In this document: piece by piece, positions 14,714-27,415 of the stretch
Layout of the letters: each line of letters opens with the position of its first letter
How positions within the stretch are numbered: position 1 is the first letter of the stretch
Origin: the human T2T-CHM13v2.0 reference genome, Homo sapiens
Strand: one strand, 5' to 3'
Assembly: GCF_009914755.1 (NCBI RefSeq)
Contig: NC_060945.1
DNA: 64,000 nucleotides
Program-made: the position numbers and the translations under genes
The notes under the pieces: model-generated
What the model saw: only the letters and a program-made list of their open reading frames with translations
Told to the model about the DNA's origin: nothing
Database searches by the model: none

Positions 14714-15114
14714 TGCTATGATTTAAATGTTTTTCACCTCCAAAACTTATGCTGAAATTTAATTGCCATTGTTACAGTATTAAGAGGAAGGACCTTTAAG
14801 AGGTGATTAGGCCATGCATGAGGCACCCTCATGAATGGGTTAATGCAGTTATCATGGGACTGGATTCATTATAAAAGCAAAAGCTTGGACCACCTTTTTT
14901 CCTTCCCTCATTCTATCTTGCTCTTCCTCCACATGAGGACACAGCAATAAGGTATCATCTGGGAAGCAGAAAGCATCCCTCACCAGGCACCGAACCTGTT
15001 GACACCTTGGTTTTGGACTTCCAAGCCTCTAGAATCATGAAAAAGAAATTTGTATTATTTTTAAATTACCCAGACTCAAGTATTCTGTTATAGCAGCAAA
15101 AATAGATTAAGACA
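14714..15114 (+). mobile_element. MaLR LTR (MSTD-like)
   Basis: tgctatgatttaaatg...gaggtgattaggccatg...tattctgttatagcagca...taagaca. Confidence 0.8.
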
Positions 15115-17464
15115 ACCCTCTTCCAAAAAAAAAAGCGTCTTAGAAATTAGCTGCTCCAGACCTTTTTTACATATAATTCTTATAGAAACACTTCATATAA
15201 ATTACAATTCTTAATATGTTTACTTAGGTCTGTTCTCAATAGCTGATTTTATTTTATTTTTTGCTCTTATCTCATATGTAAATTTTAACTCCTAAAGGAA
15301 GCATACAAAATATACTTGTTTGTGTGTCTGTGTGTGTGTCTGTGTTTGTGTGTGTGTTTGGGGGAATACAAAGTTTTGAAGTTCTAGATTTTTAACTTAC
15401 AGTATAAAGTGTATGGCTTACTCCTCAGAACATTCTTCTATATTTTAATTGACTGTTTAACTTGTATATTTCCTCAATATGAACACATTCTTTGTTATAT
15501 TTCCTGTGTGTCTCATAGTTCCTAGAATACATTTGTCTATGTTGAGATAATGAATGAATTAATCAAATAGACATTTATGAAGAAGATTGACCATGAGGAC
15601 AAATGTGTACATACTATCAAATAGCATGTGCGAATAAAATGGTAGATTTTAGATTAATCAGCATCATTTATCACTAAATTTACCAACATAGCTAAAGTTT
15701 AATTTTACCCAATTTTGTCAGACTCAGTTTATAAACAAGAAATTGGCATGCATTTTGTTGAATTATCTAAAGATTTATCTTTAACTCCTAGGCATCACCC
15801 CAGTACCAACAATATGAAATTTGAAGCTTTAGTTTTTTTAAACACTTTGTAATAAAATCTAAATTTCTCCTTTAAAAATTACTGACTTGGTTATATTTCC
15901 ACCCCAAAGTGCACACTTCCGTTTCAACCAGTGATTTATCTTTGTCACCTTTTAAAGTAAATATCCTTGCTTTGTGTCCTCTAATGATAACCAAGAAGCA
16001 GTAATATGTAAATAGCTATAGACATTATCTCAGGTGAAACAAATATGTGAAAGCTGTCATGCATGGACTTAACACAAAGGAACCTTATACACTACTCTAG
16101 GTAATTTTTCCTGCAGGACTAACAGAGAGACATAATGCAGGAAAATATCAGGAAAGAGGTTCAAGAACATTTTAGGGTGACCTCTTATCAACCAGTTCTT
16201 TACCATTTTATGAGAACACACTCCACTCTCATCTATAATAGAACAGCTATTATGGATTATAATTTGAATGTTTCTTTTGGAGTATAAATGAATTGATTCC
16301 TACTCTACTGAAATTGAATGTTGTTTTCCTCTTCTCATATGGTGAATGTACATACGCCGCAGTCAAAGAAGTCTGAAGAAAACATTTCAAGGTTTTAGTA
16401 CAGGTGACATTTGTCAATGGCCTGCTAGCTCTTCATCATATTTAGCAGTGGAGCCTGTTCATGATGTGGGTCACAAATGAGGAGAACTAAAACAGTGCAC
16501 TATGTGCAAGAATTCAGACCACAGGAAATCATGCCATCTGGAACTGCTAAATGGCCAGCAGAAACTTAACAGATAAGCAAGGAAATACCTTAAAGAAAAA
16601 CGAAAAAAAACCCCACAACCTTAGTATAATTACACTGTTCAAACAGTAAATAAGTATAAGGTGTAGGTTATGCCTGTGCTCATGATTAAGCAGTAGGTCA
16701 AGTTTCTAGAAAATATCTATGAGAAAAAAATTTGCCTCCCAAAACCTGAAGTCTTTAAGTCATTTTAATTATAACAAAATCTTATCCATATATATAGAAA
16801 GGTGATTATTATTGTGATAATTTCATTATTTTGACTTTAAGGATGTAATAATAAAAATTTTATGATTTGAATTGATTATGTATAAGTTATGAGCCACATA
16901 CTCTAGAGATATTTTCCCTAGGTTTTAAAACATCGTTGAAAGGTAGCTTTTATTGTCACCATATTACCAATGAGAATGTAGATCCAACAACTAGATCCAA
17001 AAGTTTGGAACTTGTTTCCAAAAGTTTGAGTTGTATCACAATACATCATACAATGTTCATTTTTCAATATCAGACATAAATATGCTCGTGTATATTTTTG
17101 TCTAAATTATGTTGTATTATTTGCTTCACAAGTTCTTGTTGCCATCTGGATCATTAACAGAAAACATAAGACAGTTGCACAAGTAAATTATAATAGTTTT
17201 GAATTGATTTGCAGATTCAGTGATATGCTTTGGGTCACCATGTAAAATAAGTCCGATGTCACCAACAAGCAAGAGAGAAATGGAACACTAAGCTGGAATT
17301 TTCACAGGAAATTATAATTATAATCTTAAAATAATCACTGAGTACTTTTCCCTGTTCTATTGAAATATATTTAACTCTAAATAAACAAACCAAACCGAAC
17401 GAGACAAGGGTAAATTTTGTGATACAGCTATACTACTTGATTTCCATTTGCTTATTTACTCCTT

Positions 17465-17557
17465 TATTTATTTTTTATTTTTATAGATGTAAGGGGTACA
17501 AGTGCAGTTTTCTTACATGGATATATTGCATACTGGCGAAGTCTGGGCTTTTAGTGT
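17465..17557 (-). mobile_element. Very short L1 3'-end fragment (L1PB/L1MA-like)
   Basis: T-rich tail + aggggtacaagtgcagttt...catggatatattgcatactggcgaagtctgggcttttagtgt. Confidence 0.7.
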
Positions 17558-19734
17558 TGATTCCTATTTAAATTAAGTGTATATATTAATAATGGCATCA
17601 AAGCTCTAAGACTCAGATCTAGTACAACTGCCATTTTTAATGCCATTTCATCATCTTCGTTATCATTCATGCAAAGTATTGACATTAAGACAGATTCAGC
17701 AACAGCAAGACAAAGAACAGAACCACTTTGCCAATGTCACATATTAATCACATTTAGTGATACTGATCGCATAGTTGATGCTCAATTGGTAAGGCACAGT
17801 AAAGCAGCTATGTAGAAGATGGAGTTAAATGGGAAGACTAAAGACAGAGTGAAGGGATTGGCAGAAATATACCCTGAAATAAATTATTCCCAGAAACCCT
17901 GAAATACAACTTAAAGTAATGCCACACATCCCCAGCCTGCCAGAAAACTCCAGGTAGAAAGGACCTGGGCTATTATCAGATTAAGGTTACTTCAACAAAG
18001 GCTCTCAAGGCAATTTTGTGTTTTGCAGCCTTTAGCTATGGAAGAAAGAGTGCTGAGAACACATTCTTTCTGGCTATAGCTGCACACATAGGTGAGAATC
18101 ATTGTCAAGGGAAAGTAGCTATTTTATTCTCACCACAGCCAATGGAGAAAAGAATGAGACTGTGCGTGGGACGAAGCCTCATGATGGAAGTTGTTCCCAT
18201 CCTGATCGATCGCTGTAACAATCTGCGGAGCTGGTTAACTGTATCGATTTATGCCAGCAACCTCCCTTATACTAAGATGGGAAATGGTAGCGAGGATAGT
18301 GGGTCCCAGTTTTCATAATGTGTCCACTTGATCTACATTTTTTAAGTTCTCAAAAATGATTTTAACAAAGATCTAGGTTTCAAGGCCACTAATTTATTCT
18401 ACTTCTACTTTCCCCTAACACCCATCACTTTACACACCTGATGTATTGATATTTCAGATCAATGGAGGCCGATTTTGCCCAGAGAAGTCTCTAAGAAAGA
18501 AAAAACAGAGGGAAATAGAAAAATTGCATTATATACCTAGCTACAATTACGATAGTGAATCTGTGTTTCTTTGGAATCACAGACAATTAGTTTTTTTTTT
18601 TTATTCTGTATCACCCCATATAAACAGTCCATCTTCAATGCCTTTTTTTCCCCTTTTAAAAATCTCTTTTATTTCTAGTATCCTTTTCTTATAACAAGCA
18701 ATTAGGTCTCAGTTTCCAGGAAACCATGTGCACACATGCACACATACAAACACACACACATTATGGAACATTCAGATAATCTACAATCAATCCTGCTAAT
18801 CAAAACTCAATCTCATGGATTTTTGGAAATCCATGAGAAAATGTAAGTAAGAAAATGTCTAAACTACTTATTAAGCTCACATAAACCAATGGAATAGAAC
18901 CTAATGTGACAGATCAGATATTGGTTTGGGACGAGGTAGACTGGATAATATATATTTGACCTGGATTACTCTTGATTCACTATCATACTTCATGTAACAA
19001 AACTTGGCCTATGGTTCTATCTAAGGCAGTAGATAGTCTGGGCATGAAGAAATCATGCTACCAAACAGAATTGCTGGAGGAGACGCTCAGCATCGCAAGG
19101 ACTTGAGGATGATGACACATTATTCTCCCTGATGGTAAGCCTAAATCAGTGTTTTACATGCCGCTTCATAACAATAAATGGCTTCAGCATTTCTCTTTCT
19201 GGTTGTCCCATGTTTTCCTAAGATCCTACGTACCACATAAAGCATCTTGTTTGCTACCTCCTATTACTATAATATGTTAATTTTACTTCTAATAAGTTCA
19301 AAACCAAAAACCTCACTACCATCACTAAGAAGCTCCACAAAACAAAACAAAACAAAAAATAAAAACCCTGAACCAATTTCCTGATATTGAGTTTTCTCTA
19401 TTGTGTTTCAAAAAATATATCAGCTAGTTAAACAACTGTTTTGCCAAATTCGTACACAAAAGTGTTGGATAAAACAGTGAACCTATCTATCTGTATAAAC
19501 TGAATCTGGAACATAGCTAATAACTATTGTCCCTCTACAATGCAGGAGTAATAATAAAACCCAACTCCTTGGGCTTTTGAAAGGAACAAATCAATCAACT
19601 CAAATATGGCCTACAAAAATCATAGCCATCATACATAATATTATAGTTCACATGATTTGTGTTGAAGGTAATTATTTCATGTTGTAATTACTTTAGGTCT
19701 TACTTACATTTTTATTAAGACTACTTAATCTATT

Positions 19735-20240
19735 TCTTCCATTTATTACTTACGCAAATATCAGTTGAATATGTCCTGTATTTCAAGGTTCTAAACACTG
19801 GAAATTTTACAGTGACTAAGGTAAAGACCCCACCCTCATGAAGATTACACTCTAACTGGGGATAAGAGATACACATTCCCAAGAAACTAAATATGTGTAC
19901 TTTCTCAAGAATGATACACATTTTTAAGAAAATAAGACAGAACAAAGGCAGAGTAAATCAGGGTTTCTTGCTAGGTAGGGTGCTCTGGAAAGGCATGTTT
20001 GATGATTTGATGTTTTAGAAGAGTCCTGAATATATTGAGGGAACATTGCACATGTCTGGAGAGATGGTTTCAGTGAAATCAGCAAATGCAAAGGCTGAGT
20101 TTGTTGCATTGCTAACATATCTGAGAAGAAAATGAGCCAGTAAGGAGGAGTAAGCAGAGGTCAAGAGGCAAGATATGATACTGCAGTTATCCTACAGCCA
20201 AATCATTTAGGGCTTTGAAGAAAGTTGTAAAAAATCTGGA
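19735..20240 (-). mobile_element. L2 remnant
   Basis: Degenerate antisense L2 3' region (catttatt...caaatat...ccctcatgaagattacactcta). Confidence 0.55.
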
Positions 20241-21040
20241 GATGCATATAGTAATTTCTTTAAATGTTTCTCTTTCTTCTAACGACATAAATTGGAGGCT
20301 ATATCTGTTTTCAAATTAGTATATGCAGAATGTTAACTAATTAGAGTTAAAAGCATTTCAAATAATAGAATAAAAAAGAGTAATAAAACACATTTGATAA
20401 TGTACTATATATTTAGAACAGATGAAATGAAACTAGTTTAAAAATATAATATGTATGGTAACTTATAATTTCATAATTTTAAAGAGAGATTAACAGTATA
20501 TACATGATTAACTTTTTTATTAAAATGACATAACACATTTAATTTTCCTCCTTTTAATTCAATTTCATTTAGTTCACATTTACCAGTGCATTCTTTGTAC
20601 TCATCACTGAGTAGGGCAAAATAATAGCACTTTTGTTTTTTTGTTTGAAAGAAAAGTAACTTAAAAGGTAGAGGTGCAGGCAATAACACAACTATATACC
20701 CCATTCAGAGACAGCACAGCTCATACAACTCATATCTTCCAAGATGCTCTTTTTCACCTACAAAAGTTGATCCTCAAATGTTCGGCTTAAAGTTCTGTAG
20801 CAGTACTCATGATGTGAGAATTAGAGAGTGTGCAACTCAAACTATGCCATTTCCTGAACTTCCTGAAGTTCATGCAATAAGTATGGCGATGATCTCAACT
20901 GGGGCTTTGAGACTAAACTTATCTTGAGTGCAGATGATTTCTGATCTGAAAGGAAATGTAATTATTCATATAATAAATTATATTTTTGTTGTGTATATAT
21001 ATATTTATTGAAATACATTTTATGTATGCATGTATACATA

Positions 21041-21066
21041 TGTGTGTGTGTGTGTGTGTGTGTGTG
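21041..21066. repeat. (TG)n microsatellite
   Basis: Direct reading. Confidence 0.9.
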
Positions 21067-21149
21067 TTTATAATTTAGGGCATTTTATTGTATATGTGTA
21101 TATATTCATGCTAGATTCTCTGCCTATATTTTCATTTCCCATAACTTCC

Positions 21150-21543
21150 AAAAGCAGTGTCTCTTTCTCTCTGTCAAGGAGATTTTTCTTACTAATGGAA
21201 CCCTCAATCTTGTACGTGGGGCAGGCTAGAAGGACCAGGGAACTAATGTCCTTAGCCAGTGCTGCACAGAAGCACTGAAGTGGTTCATTTCCTTGAGCTT
21301 TCTGTTGCTGATTTTGAGGCCTGTGTTTCATGCTGATTCCCAGAGTTCCCAGGCAGAAGTAAGCTGTAGTATTCCACAATTGTGACTTGCTTTATAGTTG
21401 AAGCTTTGTTTTCCTTTCATCCCTTACCTGTTTAAACTCCCAATTCCCCTACTGGTGATTCCTGGATTCACTGCCTGAATAAACTACTCATACTTAATTC
21501 CTTGTCTTAGTTATCTGCTTTAGGGTGAACCCAATCTAAAACA
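21150..21543 (+). mobile_element. ERVL LTR16-like solo LTR
   Basis: 3' end aataaactactcatacttaattccttgtctt...ctgctttagggtgaacccaatctaaaaca; 5' boundary approximate. Confidence 0.65.
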
Positions 21544-21593
21544 AATGACATATAATATGAAATGCCTGTAAGATTTAAAAATCTGCGTCAACA

Positions 21594-21955
21594 CTGTGTG
21601 GGAGAAATCACACTCACCAGCTATGTACATGTTGCCTGGTATTTTCCATTCTCCCTTGCTGTTGGATTAAAATTGTAAACATTCTTCTGGCCTAAGGAGT
21701 GTGAGTGGTAGTGATTCGTGTTTTTGTTCCAAGCCAACGCAGCTCAGAGCCAGTCAACTGTAGCTCAGAGCCAGTCAACTGTTTTCATTTTTCTCTTCCA
21801 CTGTCACATCAACTTTGGAAAACAAATGTTCCACATGCCATTAAGGGGAGCCACTTGCCTATCTGAATATTTTATTATTGAGGGATACATTATTTTTCAG
21901 TGTTGGACCACTGAGGTTTTAAAATTCATTTTACACTAACACAGCCTAACATCAT
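21594..21955 (+). mobile_element. Old MLT1 LTR remnant
   Basis: ttctggcctaaggagtgtgagtggtagtgat and ccactgaggtttt...acagcctaac motifs. Confidence 0.5.
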
Positions 21956-22988
21956 TATGACCATTATAAAATTGGGCAGCAAAATGTTGCTGTCTAATGA
22001 AAAAAATTCCCCGATACATGGAATTATCTTTGTTGTTCAGGGATGAGAAATAAGAAAAATTAAAATTATTTCCAATCCCATCTCCAGTCCAGCTTTTAGT
22101 AGGTGTGTTGTGGTACACAAGTGAGTTTACTACCTTAATTTATAAAACATGACTACCTACATTTACAAAACATGTATATATAGTACTGTACTGATTTCAA
22201 CAGCCATTTGAAAAGTCAATGAGACAATTCACATAGAGTTCTTGGTATAGTTTTGGATATATATAGTATTTTCTATAGATATTAGTTATTAGGATAACTT
22301 TTTGTCTATATGTGTACATGTAATAGATACACATACCTAATGTGTTTATGTACTTATTCTGTGAGTTTTTCATGTCCTATCATTTTATATTTCCCTCATC
22401 AACATATTCAAATTATAGATATTCCACCAACATAAAACTTTTACCCTACCCAATTTGATTTCCCCAAATGCCGAAGAAATCTTGCTTTTGCTCATCATTA
22501 CTGTTTGACCTGCTTCAGAAATTTATATATCATAGTATGCTACAAATTCAGTATTTATCTTCCATTTAGATCTCCTGCTAATAACATAAGCTAATTAAGG
22601 TAAAAATAACAAAAGTTTTTTTTTTTTTTTAATGCAGAGCTGCTAACAGAAATTTGAGCTCTAGTGAAAAATAGTTTTAGGTTACTAAATATAAACTTGT
22701 TACTTCAAATTTATAATAGAGTGTATGGCTATTGTTATTTAACTATAAAACATTAAGTAACATCTTCCTAGTGTGAAATTTGGATTTTATTATATCATGG
22801 CTTTATGCCACTTCAAACTGACTTCAATAATGGAAAAATATTTCTTGTTATTAAAATTCCATTTGTAAGAATTCTGATTAGTTGATTAAATAAAAAAATT
22901 AAGGGTATTTAATGATGTTAAGCATCTATGGACTAAATGTTGCTTTGTATATAATATGTAATATACATAAGGCAATGGAGCAGGGATT

Positions 22989-23033
22989 CACACACATACA
23001 CACACAGACACACACATACACACACACACACAC
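22989..23033. repeat. Imperfect (CA)n microsatellite
   Basis: Direct reading. Confidence 0.9.
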
Positions 23034-23051
23034 TTCATGTACATATAGCTA

Positions 23052-23181
23052 GACCACCGTTGGCCTGACTTGAGAACATTGCTAAAAATGCACAATTTTA
23101 TTTCCCATCCAGGCCAGGCCTGTTGAATCAGAATCTACACTTTAAACAGGATCTTCAGGTGACCCTTATTGAGAAGCATTG
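23052..23181. mobile_element. MER5A-like hAT-Charlie MITE
   Basis: tgaatcagaatctacactttaaacaggatcttcaggtga...ttgagaagcattg. Confidence 0.6.
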
Positions 23182-24964
23182 GTTCATCTTACATAGCATG
23201 ATGCATATTTATCCTTTGATAAACTCATCATGACAAATTCATACTTTTATAATGAAGTCATATTTCCCAGATGAAGTTGTGAGAAGAAAAACGTGTGTGG
23301 AATTTTTTAAACTAAGCATGTGGGGGAAAGCTTCTGAACATACTCATCTCCAAATCTCATATCGAATTATGGGCATTTAATTGTGTTCCAAGGATATTTC
23401 TTATGGCAATAAAATATTAATTAAATTGTAAAGATTAATTATTACAAATTTCTAAATACTGGTTTTAATTAGGAGTATAACCCTGAAAAAGCATATGTTA
23501 TTTTAGTTTATGTGTGAGAATAAAATCGATATAGAAGAGAAGACAAGGAAGACTTTCTTCATTTATAAGCAGAATACCTATTTACTAGTGCATTGGGGAA
23601 AAACTAGGCTAATATGTTTGTGATATTATGCTAACATATTGTGCATAATATGCTGTTTATTTGAGTATGCTTTCCCTATTAGTTGGATAAATCAGAGTTT
23701 TTTCTTCATTGCATAGGGAATGATTTCTATACAAAAATTTCTGTAAGAAAGTTGAAATAGCTGATTATGCAAGACAAGTAGGATTTTGCCTGAATATAAT
23801 TTTATTGGACTAAATAATATGTTCCATTTGCTGTTCAAGCTTTAAAAATACAAAATATTGGTTTGCAGAAGTGGAAAAGGGCCTTAGAAAGCAATAGGAG
23901 ATGATGAAAATCATTCTGTGTGCACTAAAGAAATTTGCTCTGATATGGACTATCCCTTCTGACACTCATTTGTATCCTAAAGGTGGTCTTAAAATTGGTT
24001 TGTAGATGAACACAAACATTTTTGGTAAAACTTATGAAATTGGAAAACGTTCTTTTAATATTACAAATCAGCATGCAAATTTAACTGTATTATTAGAGAT
24101 ACACTTCTATTAGAATTACTTAATTTAAAACAACCACAAATATAATTGCAACCATTGTGCTCTATCCAATAATGCAGTTTGTGACATAGTTAACTGTATT
24201 TCCCACTGTGTAAACTATACCAGGGAGACTAAGAAACACTTTTGGAAGTTGTGTTCCAAAAAGGCCAGTTGGATATTATTTAGGAAATTAGCTCTCATTG
24301 TATAAAAATGATACACTTGGGGCTTGGAAGGTCAACATAATTTTCAAAAATTAGAACTTGTCGACATTATGTCTCCAAAGTGGTCATATTACTTCAACTA
24401 TATATTATTAAGAATTTGAAAATAAGAATCTTATTAAGGATAAGAAAAGTAAATATGCTTGGATTCAATGACATCAATTGCTGTAAAGAAGATTGAACAT
24501 AACTAGTTATGTGAAGAAAATAAAATAAATGAAATACAACACTAATCTTTGCACAGAAATATATTTCTATGTACACTAGAAGTAAACTCATGAACTCATT
24601 CCAATTTGGCCATATATGTTTAATGGAGAAGTATAATCATTTATTATTTCATCAGCACCATCATGAGTCCTATTAGTAGTCCAATTCTATGCTTATTTTG
24701 TAGAGTCAGAAAATTTTTGAATATTCAAACTCTTAGAAAATTATATATTATTGCAACTGCTCTATACAGATATGCAATACATGTCTGGTTTATGAATATT
24801 TTAAACTTATAAAAGCTTTAATGCAGATTTTATCATCTATATTTGATAATGCAAGATAATTTGCTTAGAATGTTTAATGTTAGAACGTTCTGCTTAAGAG
24901 TCAGAAATTGTTTCTTTATATCTATTCATGCCCCTTTTTAAAGTGACCTTATTATTTTACCCAT

Positions 24965-25168
24965 AGTGATGACGAGTTTTATGTGTTAACTTGTCTGGGT
25001 CACAGGCTGCTCAGACATTTATTCAAACATTATTCTGGTTGTGTCTGTGAAGGTGTTTCTGGATGGGATTAACATTTGAACAGTTGACTGAGTAAAGCAG
25101 ATAGTTTTTCTAAATGTGAGTGGGCCTTACTGGTGGTTCTTTTTCTCTGAAGAATTCTGTCTAATACG
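24965..25168 (+). mobile_element. MLT2 (ERVL) LTR, internally deleted
   Basis: MLT2 5' end (ttttatgtgttaacttg...aaacattattctgg...ctgagtaaagcagat) joined to the 3' end (ggttctttttctctgaagaattctgtctaatac). Confidence 0.75.
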
Positions 25169-25169
25169 C

Positions 25170-25400
25170 CCCTGTAGAAGTGAACTTTATTGACACCTTG
25201 AATCTGCATTTGATCACGGACTTACTTTGGGCAATGGTACAATAGTAAATATAACACAATAAATATCTGAAAAGACTTGCACATCAGTGCTGACTCATTA
25301 CCACTGGGAGCCCTCAATTATTATTTGAAGATGCCCAAGTTAGTCTGTTGGAAGATGAGACAATGTGGAACAAAGAAGAGCCATTGATGAAGACTTGGAT
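25170..25400 (+). mobile_element. MLT1 (F/G-like) LTR fragment
   Basis: ccttgaatctgcatttgatcacggacttactttgggcaatgg motif. Confidence 0.5.
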
Positions 25401-26324
25401 AACCTGTTGGAATGTTAGGCAATATAGATCAGAAAACATTCATCCTGACTAAGTTCCCCTAAACTAACCAGGCTGCCACCTGTCAGAAATAATTGAGGCC
25501 AACATTGTTCATCCAGTCATTGATCAACCAGTGGCAGCCATCCTGCCAGGTAATATAATTCTAACCATTATTGGTTAAATTTAAATGATTGATTTTTTTA
25601 CTTTATAGAACATTGTTTATATAAACCAACATACATAACTGTATATATTTTATACAGAATAGCAGACAACATGTGCTCCATGTTCACATTGGTTTCTGAC
25701 TATATAAAAGCTCTGGCCACATAAAAGTTGCATACAAGTCTTATCTTGAAAATTTTGATATACCTTATAATTTTTTAATATCCATATATAGTAAAGTATA
25801 ACATTTACTTGATTAAAGCAATGAAACAACACCTTTCTGCAACTGTATTTATTTACCTACAAATAATCCTATAAAATTAAAAAAAATTCCACTTAAATGC
25901 ACAATATACAAATTCATTAACACTGTCAAAAATAAGATCAATATCCTTTCTGACTATAAGGCCATATAAAAGTTATATACAGGTCTTATATTGAATATTT
26001 TGGTATACTTTATAATTTTTTAGTATCCATAAGAAAAACATATTGATAGAAATAACAATAGACTTTTATTTTACTAATATTTTTTAAAAAATAAATTGCA
26101 ATTTGATAGTTACTAGATATATTGGGTTTTAATAACTAAATATCTTAATTTATAAATTGATGTTGCTTAATATTTTAAGATTATAATGTAATAATATAAC
26201 ACAATAAATATACATTTTGTATGTTGCTATTTGAGTACATTTCATGTTGTTGTGGTGTTGTTGGCAAGACTCTGAACTAATTAATGCTTTAATTTAAATC
26301 TCAGTCACTCTCTTTTTGTAATTG

Positions 26325-27415
26325 CCTTTGAGGGATTTCAGTTTCTTTTTTCTGCACATTTTTTCTACACAGATTCATCGATGCTGGAAGAGCACATGAA
26401 ACACCTGGGTCAGAGACAAATGGTTTTTTTCCTCAAAGTAGAGCAGAAAACACGAGCTCCATGTTCACAGTGGTTTCTGACTATACGGCCAAATAAAAGT
26501 TGCATACAGGTCTTGTCTTTAATATTTTGATAGACCTTATAATTTTTTAGTATGCATAATGAAAATATATTGGGAGAAATAACAATAGACTTTTATTTTA
26601 CTAAGTTATTTCTGGGACCTCCAAGACTAAGGGGGCCGTGAGAAATGTCCCAGTGAATGCTGTACACAGTGGGTTTGGTCACACCTGAGGGACCCAGAGC
26701 AAAGAAAACCCCCCAGATTTTAAAGGGGCTACTAGAAGTTCTGTTCAAGCTTTGTTCCACGTAGAGATAATATTTTCACTTTCCTGATCAGGAAACAAAT
26801 CTTCCCTCTGCAGCAGGAGGGTGCTGCCTCTGTTCAAAGACTGCTAATCAAAGATTCAGGACAGGTCTCTGGATGGCCTTGGACAACTCAGTTCCCCTCC
26901 CTTTCTCATTTGTAATTCTCAAGAATAACTGAAATGTGCTGGGAATGCAACATCTTGAGATAGGGGAAGACTGGCTAGAATAGATCAGGCTCCATTCCAG
27001 TCCCCTCTAGAACAAAAGATCCTTCAGTGTTATACACAGCATGTCATTTTGCCCCCAGAATACAAAACTCAGAGCTACTTGCTTTCCAAGGTCCCTCAGC
27101 TGCAGTGCAAGTGAGGCACACATAGACAAGAACAGATTAGACTTCATTTGTCCCAGACAGCTTCCTTGAGCCTTGTGGGATGGATCACAGTGAATCCCAG
27201 ATTCTCGTTGTTCCTATGAGTGATGAACCTGCCGCATGTAGCTTGTTACCTCTATGTATGTTCTGTCTCATCAAATCCAAACAAGTCGGTAATCAGTGCA
27301 TGGTGAACCTTCTTCAAAAAGATCCTCGGATATAGAATTCAGAAGAAAATTTGGTAATGTATTTTCATAAGACATGCAGAAATACAAGTGATCCATGGAG
27401 AACCGTCTTCCAGTG
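26325..27415 (-). mobile_element. ERVL LTR (MER70-like), interrupted by a duplicated segment and a nested LTR
   Basis: ctgggtcagagacaaa at the left; agacatgcagaaatacaagtgatccatggaga at the right matches the recalled LTR 5' end in reverse. Confidence 0.55.
26850..27318 (+). mobile_element. LTR32-like ERVL solo LTR nested in the MER70-like LTR
   Basis: caggacaggtctctggatggccttgg...gggaatgcaacatcttgagatagg...gtccctcagctgcagtgcaagtg...cagtgcatggtgaacc. Confidence 0.65.

Noticed and set aside
16030-19140. Scattered plus-strand splice-like sites (e.g. AAT|gtaagt ~18843, ATG|gtaagc ~19134)
   Set aside because: Expected by chance in 64 kb; no consistent exon chain or reading frame
25661-26604. CRISPR-like or regular repeat-spacer array
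   Set aside because: Eukaryotic DNA; three long, diverged, irregularly spaced copies
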